From Bdellovibrionota bacterium (GTDB lineage: Bacteria > Bdellovibrionota_C > UBA2361 > JBIKUX01), in assembly GCA_044347345.1 (NCBI GenBank), contig JBIKUX010000044.1, forward strand, positions 1-11,575: 11,575 nucleotides of DNA. The letters run 5' to 3'. The position numbers and the translations under genes were made by a program. The stretch's first letter is position 1. The number at the start of each line of letters is the position of its first letter. The notes under the pieces were generated by a model, which had not been told where the DNA came from, did no database searches, and saw only the letters and a list, made by a program, of their open reading frames with translations. Below are positions 1 through 6,105 of this stretch, in pieces.

Positions 1-279
1 ACTGTAATTACCACTTATGAAGATATTCACCAACTACTTCTCTGGAAAGTATACTGGGAAGGTCTTTCACTACGTAAAGTAGCAGCAGAATGGGAAACCG
101 ATGGGCTAAACGTTATTAGAGAGCATAAAAATTTATTAACTCATCTCTACCGAAGTCTAGCGGCAGGTCGCGGGAAAATAGAAAGACCCAAAGTTAGACC
201 AGGACTGCGTCCTGTAGCACTTTCAATGCGTAAAAAAGGTATCAAGAGTCCTTTTAATGAGCTTGATGTACCAAATTGA
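1..279 (+). CDS. 3' end of a sigma-70 family sigma factor (FliA/WhiG-like region 4), 5'-truncated by the window edge
   Basis: Frame +1 is open from base 1 to TGA at 277-279: TVITTYEDIHQLLLWKVYWEGLSLRKVAAEWETDGLNVIREHKNLLTHLYRSLAAGRGKIERPKVRPGLRPVALSMRKKGIKSPFNELDVPN*. YWEGLSLRKVAAEW...VIREH..LL..L resembles the sigma region-4 HTH pattern YYEELTLKEIGEVL...VSQLH..AI..L. Absent from the ORF track because it has no start codon in the window. Confidence 0.6.
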   Translation, partial: TVITTYEDIHQLLLWKVYWEGLSLRKVAAEWETDGLNVIREHKNLLTHLYRSLAAGRGKIERPKVRPGLRPVALSMRKKGIKSPFNELDVPN

Positions 280-328
280 TAACTACGATAATTGTTAGGA
301 ATACATCTGAATAAAAAGGCATGAGGCT

Positions 329-685
329 ATGGGTGACAAGAACAAGAATAAAGATAAATCAATTATTGGAGTAACTCGTACCTCACAAACAAAACATGTA
401 GAAAGAACTGGCACTGTCGAAGCCTTAGATTCAGTTAAAGCAATAAACTCAGTTGAAGCTACCAGCAAAACAAACCGTACTAACAAACTTGATGCCACTC
501 AGCAAAATACACAAAGTTTTTCCCAAGCTGAACGGTTAGAGCTTCTAAATCTTATTCAACAAGAAGCTGACAAAATGGAGAAAGATGGCTCGTTACCACA
601 ATCAACTAGCAAGATAGCACGAGAAGCCGTTTTAATGGCTGTTGATGCGGCAATTATTTTAAAAGATCCAGAAGAAACAAAATAG
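329..685 (+). CDS. Hypothetical 118-aa protein, possibly FlgM-like anti-sigma factor
   Basis: ATG preceded by GAGG. Low-complexity T/S/K-rich N-terminal half, then a helical C-terminus (SFSQAERLELL...DKMEKDGSLPQSTSKIAREAV) loosely resembling FlgM. Lies directly after the sigma-like gene. The ORF is fairly secure; the FlgM call is weak. Confidence 0.55.
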   Translation: MGDKNKNKDKSIIGVTRTSQTKHVERTGTVEALDSVKAINSVEATSKTNRTNKLDATQQNTQSFSQAERLELLNLIQQEADKMEKDGSLPQSTSKIAREAVLMAVDAAIILKDPEETK

Positions 686-987
686 CCAACTAAAATTAAA
701 GAATAAATAAAGGTACAAGGTCATTTACTTGCTAAAAGCAGTCTCATAAACCCCTAAACAGACGAAGTAGACGTAAGTATGCACGAGCACGCGCACTTGA
801 TACCTAGAGATAGGCGTTGAAGGGAATCTTTATACTATCGACTCTGCGAGCCCAAGAAACTAAATTAAACATTGATAGTCATCAAGTTTTCCAAGAAACA
901 ACTGTTCCATAATTTCCTCCTTCTCTTAAAGAATCGAGAAGAAGACAGCAAATTTTCCTTTCTTTCGTTTCATGAGCGGAAGGGGAA

Positions 988-1727
988 TTAGAGGCTTTTT
1001 CTGAAAAGGATGAGAATACACGGGAGATGAATAAAGACAGGGAAGTTCTAAAGCTTATACTCCCAACGAACTAAACATAGTCGTTATGTATCGTCGAAAT
1101 GAATGTCCATATTGGGTAGCTTTTTTTCTGTGAGGTGCAATCATCTCGACCCCCTTGCCTCTAACCGTTCATCAATCGAGTCATTTCATCAATCAAGTCA
1201 CTGTCATAAGCTCCGTCACCAATTAGCCATTCTCGAGTATCGGCAAAAAGGTTTTCATCGAAAGTTGCCTCGACAAAAGAGGGACTTCCTGCTGTGAAGC
1301 GCTCCTACGTGGATGGCGATTAGAATGGCATGAGTTTTGTCCCCTTACCACACTTGGTTTTCCCGAATCCGAGATCCCCTTTTTTGCTCCTGAAAAGGAG
1401 CAATCTATAAAGAATTCTTGCAAGGCAATCGCGTCTCACTCCTCAATCTCTCTTGTAAGCACCTCAAAAATCTCACCCAAGGTCCCATCTACTACCCATT
1501 GCTCTGAAATCTTTGGTGATATGTTCGGTACAATAAAAATTATTTCGGAAGACCTTTCCACCGAGTCCAGCTACATAGAATCCAATTAACTCTGTTCAAA
1601 ACTTTTCCATTGTTTTTTCACCGTTGTCCTAGAACATCTCACCTCAATTTTTTGCTCGAGAAGAACTAGAACTGGTTCAATCAGATCCCATTGCTATTTA
1701 GTGACTTCGTCTCTGTTGCTTATTCAT
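988..1727 (-). pseudogene. IS5-family transposase pseudogene
   Basis: Minus-strand fragments in shifting frames: EVTK*QWDLIEPVL; VLNRVNWIL..TRWKGLPK*; YHQRFQ; QWVVDGTLGEIF; EFFIDCSFSGAKKG (A6G slippery site 1379-1385); GKTKCGKGTKLM; IAIHV/SASQQEV; LIGDGAYDSD; GVEMIAPHRK; VRWEYKL*NFPVFIHLPCILILFRKSL*. Several stops and frameshifts; the W.IER segment appears deleted. Confidence 0.9.
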
Positions 1728-1778
1728 AAGCACATTGCATCTCTACGGCATCTCTTATAGATTTTCAGATACACTCTA
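989..1778 (-). mobile_element. Degenerate IS5-family insertion sequence (about 790 bp, probably IS427-like group)
   Basis: Transposase relic bounded by imperfect inverted ends: TAGAGgctttTTCTGAAAA from 989 on the + strand and TAGAGtgtaTCTGAAAA from 1778 on the - strand. Confidence 0.75.
1168..1201. repeat. 17-bp tandem duplication inside the IS relic
   Basis: TTCATCAATCGAGTCAT followed by TTCATCAATCAAGTCAC; it frameshifts the transposase after GDGAYDSD. Confidence 0.85.
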
Positions 1779-1876
1779 TTTATAAAACTACTTCTAGTTC
1801 AGTCATATATTGTGCACAATTCAATTAAATCATCTTGAAAAAAACTTTAGGTTTTTCTACAAGTCTAGATTGTATT

Positions 1877-2740
1877 TTATCCTAAAAGACTAAGAGCGAT
1901 TGCTGGCTGTTGGTTAGCTTGTGCAAGCACCGCAGCACCAGCCTGCTGTAGAATACCAAGACGAGTTAGCTCAGCGGAATCTGATGCAATATCAGCATCC
2001 CGAATACGGCTTTCTGCGGCAGCTTGGTTCTCTCGAGTTGATTCCAGATTGTTGATAGCTACTCTAAGTCGCGACTCAGCAGAACCTAACGAACCTCGAG
2101 TTGCCGCTAACGATGCTATCGCTCGGTTTACAGCATCAAGTGCGGTACGTGCAGATGATTGAGCGTCAAGAGATGTTGCACCACCTACAATTGAGAAGGA
2201 AAGAACAGAGCTTCCAGTAGCCGCAAGTCCTACTGATTGCAAACTACCTTGAACGTTATTTATTACAATTTGAGATGTCGATCGAGCATCAAATCCTACT
2301 TGCAGAGCAATTGAGCTAGTACCGGAAAGAAGCCTAACTCCGTTATACTCTGTTACGTTCGATATCCGCTCTATCTCAGAGCCTAACGCAGAAAACTCGG
2401 CCTGTAGAGCTGACCGCTGGTTAAGTGAAAATACTCCGTTTGCAGATTGTTCAGATAATTCAGCTAATCGAGTTAATACACCTCCAATTTCTGAAAGGGC
2501 ACCATCAGCGATTGCTATAAGCGATATACCATCATTAGCGTTTCTGATAGCTACGCCCGATATTCTTTGCTGAGCTCTAAGTGAGTCAGCAATTGCAAGA
2601 CCGGCAGCATCATCTGCAGCACGGTTAATACGCTGTCCTGAACTAAGCCGTTGAAAGACAGACTCTCGAGCAAGAGTGGATCTAGAAAGTTGCCTTTGCG
2701 CCTGAATAGACGCAATGTTTTGGCCTATCGAAATTCCCAT
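1877..2740 (-). CDS. fliC: Flagellin, short (287 aa, D0/D1 with a minimal variable region)
   Basis: N-terminal NIASIQAQRQL...RLSSGQRINRAADDAAGLAIA...RNANDGIS and C-terminal ESRIRDAD...ILQQAGAAVLAQANQQP..ALSLLG flagellin signatures; SD AAGGAGG at 2752-2746. Confidence 0.97.
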   Translation of the reverse strand: MGISIGQNIASIQAQRQLSRSTLARESVFQRLSSGQRINRAADDAAGLAIADSLRAQQRISGVAIRNANDGISLIAIADGALSEIGGVLTRLAELSEQSANGVFSLNQRSALQAEFSALGSEIERISNVTEYNGVRLLSGTSSIALQVGFDARSTSQIVINNVQGSLQSVGLAATGSSVLSFSIVGGATSLDAQSSARTALDAVNRAIASLAATRGSLGSAESRLRVAINNLESTRENQAAAESRIRDADIASDSAELTRLGILQQAGAAVLAQANQQPAIALSLLG

Positions 2741-2745
2741 TACTT

Positions 2746-2810
2746 CCTCCTTGAACTACTTTCACCCTAAATAGCGACTTCCTTTATTCGCTAAACGGAG
2801 CTTGGGTGAA
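2746..2810 (-). promoter_or_regulatory. Structured flagellin 5' leader with candidate CsrA/RsmA sites
   Basis: Outer stem TTCACCC/GGGTGAA (2761-2767 with 2804-2810); inner stem TAGCGA/TCGCTA enclosing loop AUAAAGGAAG; second GGA in the SD (CAAGGAGG). Confidence 0.6.
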
Positions 2811-2820
2811 TCAAAAGCAT

Positions 2821-2848
2821 ACAACGGAGACTTAATGACTTAATTTTA
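2821..2848 (-). promoter_or_regulatory. Possible sigma-28-like promoter of the flagellin
   Basis: TAAA-N16-TCCGTTGT versus consensus TAAA-N15-GCCGATAA; ends about 10 nt before the leader hairpin. Imperfect match. Confidence 0.3.
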
Positions 2849-3291
2849 AGACCAGAACTAACATTCAGTATATAAACAGTCTTTTATAACTACCCACTAC
2901 ATCTTATCTAAGGTCTAAAAAAGTAACTCATGTCTCATAATAAGTAGCACGGCAAATTTTTCCGGAAGCTTGAGATACTTTTTTCCTTTCCATTGAACAT
3001 ACAGATATTTTGCTATTTGTATGAATCTAGGTATAAACGAGTGCCAAATTTTCTCACGCGATAACTTCTGTTCAGATGGAAATATCTCTTGGTTGATGAA
3101 ATTATTGACTCAGAAATTCAGACTTGATTTAACTGTTAATCATCTAAGTTGTGTTAAATAACAAAATACTTTAAATAAATCAGACCAACCAACGTATCAG
3201 ATTTTATCCTTGAGATACCAAAAATCATTTATTAGTGGACTTCAGGTTACTTGACTAAATTGATGAGCTCTGGGTATTTTTGCGAAATAGA

Positions 3292-3741
3292 TTAATTGTC
3301 TTGACCGCGCAACGTAAATCTAGCTAGATGAGCCTCGTACAATCTCCTCACTTCAGGATCTTGCAAACTTCCGCTTTCTAGCTGTTCTCTAAGCTCACCT
3401 AGATAAGTTCCTGCACCATTTATGTCGTTTAAAGCTAAAAAACAGCTTACCAAGAAAAGTAATGCTCGAGCGGAACCAGGGTCAGCTCGGTAAGCTTCTC
3501 TCGCGTAATCAAGAGATTTTTCCGTTGCTCGCTGCATGAATGCACAGTAACTCAAGCCCAACCATCCTGGGGAAAAATGGGGAGCAACTGCCGTAATGCC
3601 CGCCATAATTGTCTCGCCCTTCTTTAAAAATCCAGCCTCTAAAAATAGACGACCAAGCTCATAAACGTTTGCTATCTCCTCATCAGTGTAGCCCTTGCGA
3701 AGAACCTCAGAAACCGTTCGTGGCCTACCTGTATCTGCCAT
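3292..3741 (-). CDS. TPR protein resembling class II T3SS chaperones (SycD/LcrH/CesD)
   Basis: 149 aa; GYTDEEIANVYELGRLFLEAG...GETIMAGITAVAP...WLGL matches the SycD/LcrH first-TPR pattern; further TPR-like helices follow (YAREAYRADP.SARALLFL). Confidence 0.7.
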   Translation of the reverse strand: MADTGRPRTVSEVLRKGYTDEEIANVYELGRLFLEAGFLKKGETIMAGITAVAPHFSPGWLGLSYCAFMQRATEKSLDYAREAYRADPGSARALLFLVSCFLALNDINGAGTYLGELREQLESGSLQDPEVRRLYEAHLARFTLRGQDN

Positions 3742-3746
3742 GCTCG

Positions 3747-4040
3747 TTAAACCTCTTCATCTATAGATTCGTCAGCTATTGCCTCTAGCAAATTATTTGG
3801 CTCAAATTGAAGCCATTCGAGAACCAGTCGCAACATACTTTCTTCTGCACTCCAACGCTTGATTGTCTCCTGCTCTACACCGGTATCAACTTCTCTACTA
3901 AGACGCAGAACGTGCTCATATCTGCCGTAAAGTGAGGAGGCAAGCGATTCTAACCTTCCAACTTTCCCCCTAATTGGAAGAAGAACTAGTAATGGCGAAC
4001 GAGCAAATGGCTCTGGTGGTAAGAAAGTTCGAAATTTCAT
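3747..4040 (-). CDS. Hypothetical 97-aa helical protein
   Basis: Co-oriented, ends 5 nt before the TPR gene start; amphipathic helices and acidic tail; no recognisable family and no NPTH motif. Confidence 0.7.
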   Translation of the reverse strand: MKFRTFLPPEPFARSPLLVLLPIRGKVGRLESLASSLYGRYEHVLRLSREVDTGVEQETIKRWSAEESMLRLVLEWLQFEPNNLLEAIADESIDEEV

Positions 4041-4089
4041 AGTCTCAATACCTTTGTCACTTGAAAAAATAATTTTAAGGAATCAGTAA

Positions 4090-4611
4090 TTACTTAAAAT
4101 TTGACCTTGTAAAAAACAAAAAATAAAGATGACATATTGTCCATATAGTCCCCAATATTAAAATATATTGTTCCAAAACAACTCTAATCGAATTCAGATA
4201 AAGTTCTTCCGCTCTGAACAAAGATAGTGCTAGAGGGACTCCCCGCAAAACAAGAGAAATTAACGCAACTGTTAATATTAAAACTCGACATAACGATAAA
4301 AGATTCGCCCTCACTTTTATTTTAGAAGTTGTTTTTTTTGATGAACGCATAGCTAGAACAATGAATCCAATTAAAAGGAAGATCGACACGCAGCTAATCA
4401 CAAGAAAAGAGGGAAATAAAATATTAGTATCAAAAAAAGTAACTAAATTGCTTTTGTTTAAGTTATGGATCTTTGTAATCCATGACCGCATTATTATCAC
4501 GGCAAGCACTGAAGAGACTCCACTTGAAACCCCTAAAATGGCTTTTTTTTCTAGAGACAACCTTATCTTTTCAATACTTTGGTAGTCTCGGTCATTATCT
4601 CGCTTAGCCAT
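4090..4611 (-). CDS. Membrane protein, probable highly divergent SctU/FlhB transmembrane domain without the cytoplasmic domain
   Basis: SD GAGGT before ATG; fourth gene of the R-S-T-U block; charged N-terminus, about 4 hydrophobic segments with a basic central loop; ends HLYFLFFTRSNFK where the SctU/FlhB TM domain ends. Family call rests mainly on position and topology. Confidence 0.55.
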   Translation of the reverse strand: MAKRDNDRDYQSIEKIRLSLEKKAILGVSSGVSSVLAVIIMRSWITKIHNLNKSNLVTFFDTNILFPSFLVISCVSIFLLIGFIVLAMRSSKKTTSKIKVRANLLSLCRVLILTVALISLVLRGVPLALSLFRAEELYLNSIRVVLEQYILILGTIWTICHLYFLFFTRSNFK

Positions 4612-4638
4612 TTACCTCACTTAGTAATGGTTAACAAT

Positions 4639-5145
4639 TTAATTACGAAATATTAATTTAGTAAATTTATCTGTAATATAGTATCCAGTGATACAAATTA
4701 AGACTATCGTCAAAGTAGCTTTTAATACAGAGATCACTGCTGTAGTAACAGCTTCTCTCCTAGCTCCGGTTATCCCTTGAGTTCCTATCATAGTTGAAGC
4801 GACGATATAACAAACAATACCGTTGATAATACCAATTCCAAGAACCGGCAAACAAATAACTGACCCAATCGAGACTATAATTTCCACAGGGTTTTTAAAT
4901 GAGCCTAAGGGCAAAATTAGACTCGGAACTAAACTACAGATGGTTAAGCATAAAACCATCAATTTTACCGAAGAAATTTCAAAAATAGCTATTCCTTTAG
5001 TAAACAGTAATTGAGTGGCTGTAATGACTCCATTAGTACAAATAAGAATTATAGCGATCTGTTGAAGCATTAATAAAAGAGAGCTATGCATTATCCAAGC
5101 TATAAAAGCTACAAAAACTGTAATCAAGGTAGCTGTTAAGCCCAT
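4639..5145 (-). CDS. Membrane protein, probable shortened and divergent SctT/FliR
   Basis: 168 aa, almost wholly hydrophobic; directly after sctS; IIVSIGSVICLPVLGIGIINGIV recalls the FliR/SctT 'LxLAxPxxxxxLLxxxxLG' helix. Family call is mainly positional. Confidence 0.55.
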   Translation of the reverse strand: MGLTATLITVFVAFIAWIMHSSLLLMLQQIAIILICTNGVITATQLLFTKGIAIFEISSVKLMVLCLTICSLVPSLILPLGSFKNPVEIIVSIGSVICLPVLGIGIINGIVCYIVASTMIGTQGITGARREAVTTAVISVLKATLTIVLICITGYYITDKFTKLIFRN

Positions 5146-5149
5146 TACA

Positions 5150-5401
5150 TTACATCTGCCCCCACACTCGTTCAGTAAAACGCAAAAGTCGCGGAATAAT
5201 TAGAGGATATATAATTAAACTGGCACCAATTACGCCCATACAACGAACAACTATACCAAAGCCTGAATCAGTAACTCTCGTAAATCGCTCAATAACAGCC
5301 ACAATTACTCCCACTACTAACATGACAATAAATACAGGAACTAGTGCCATCACAAGTAATTGCAACGCTTCGTAGATAACTATTCTAAGGGATGCTTCCA
5401 C
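5150..5401 (-). CDS. sctS: Export gate subunit SctS/FliQ, divergent
   Basis: 83-aa helical hairpin: EALQLLVMALVP...VVGVIVAVI...T...D......R...P......L.RF; size and position typical. Confidence 0.85.
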   Translation of the reverse strand: MEASLRIVIYEALQLLVMALVPVFIVMLVVGVIVAVIERFTRVTDSGFGIVVRCMGVIGASLIIYPLIIPRLLRFTERVWGQM

Positions 5402-5421
5402 AACCTAGAGCCTTTTCCTAG

Positions 5422-5991
5422 TTATGGGAAAATATAACCACGCAACAATCTTGTTGTAAGTAATGTCCATCCATCTACCGTCAAGAAAAGAAGCAACTTT
5501 AAAGGAAATGTTACTGATCCGTTGGCGAGCATAGGAACTGCTCCACACGCACAAAGAACGGCTACAAGAATATCAACAAATACAAACGGTACTAGGATAT
5601 AGACTCCTATAACCAAAGACTCGCGTAACTCAGTCAAAAGAAAAGCTGGCAATAACGCATAGTCGCTACTAATCGCCGTTTTTTGATTTTGTCTCGCGGC
5701 TACAACCTTAGACAAGAGCTGACTATCGGTATTTTCCTGCAAAAACGGGCGAAGAGTAGCCACAACTTGCCCTCCATTAAGAGTACCCTGATCAGCCAAA
5801 AGATGCTCAACTAACGGCAAAGAAACATACATAGAAAACACCAATGCGAGTAAAATTACTACAGCACTAGTACCAGCTCCAGACAAACCAAGACCAGCCC
5901 GCAAAATGGAGAAAGTTGTTGCGAGCTTAATAAAGGGTGTGCAACAGAGCAATAGTAGAAAAACAGGCAGAGATAACAGCATTACTTCCAT
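5422..5991 (-). CDS. sctR: Export gate subunit SctR/FliP, divergent
   Basis: TPFIKL...SILRAGLG, LRPFL, LLPAFLLTELR....IG....VPF...D, FPLKLLLFLTVDGW. No N-terminal signal peptide, as in injectisome SctR rather than typical FliP. Confidence 0.93.
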   Translation of the reverse strand: MEVMLLSLPVFLLLLCCTPFIKLATTFSILRAGLGLSGAGTSAVVILLALVFSMYVSLPLVEHLLADQGTLNGGQVVATLRPFLQENTDSQLLSKVVAARQNQKTAISSDYALLPAFLLTELRESLVIGVYILVPFVFVDILVAVLCACGAVPMLANGSVTFPLKLLLFLTVDGWTLLTTRLLRGYIFP

Positions 5992-5999
5992 ATATATTT

Positions 6000-6029
6000 T
6001 TTATATGTAGCGGCGCCCCTAATGGTCAA
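6000..6029 (-). promoter_or_regulatory. Candidate sigma-70 promoter immediately upstream of sctR
   Basis: TTGACC (6029-6024)-N18-TATAAA (6005-6000), 8 nt before the ATG at 5991; no SD sequence. Confidence 0.4.
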
Positions 6030-6105
6030 GCCGTTAACTTAGTACAATCCACTAAATTAACCACATCGTAAATAAAATATTATTTAATTCACAAGAAAAC
6101 AAAAC

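Noticed and set aside
1103-1423. ORF-track ORFs 1103..1297 (+) and 1223..1423 (-)
   Set aside because: Both lie within the IS5 transposase pseudogene; one is antisense and the other is a frameshifted fragment.
1809-1857. 12-bp palindrome ATTGTGCACAAT and an A/T hairpin after the flagellin stop as a terminator
   Set aside because: The palindrome has no loop and the hairpin stem is almost all A-U; too weak to call.
2950-2964. Imperfect palindrome CGGCAAATTTTTCCG upstream of the flagellin, with similar CAAATTTT words near 949 and 3045
   Set aside because: Could be an activator site, but it is short and AT-rich and cannot be distinguished from chance without homologous promoters.
3032-3047. TTGGCAC on the minus strand as a sigma-54 promoter for the flagellin
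   Set aside because: No GC at the -12 position; the GG-N10-GC rule fails.
3747-4040. 97-aa ORF as the split-off SctU/FlhB cytoplasmic domain
   Set aside because: No NPTH or related motif and no matching beta-strand pattern.
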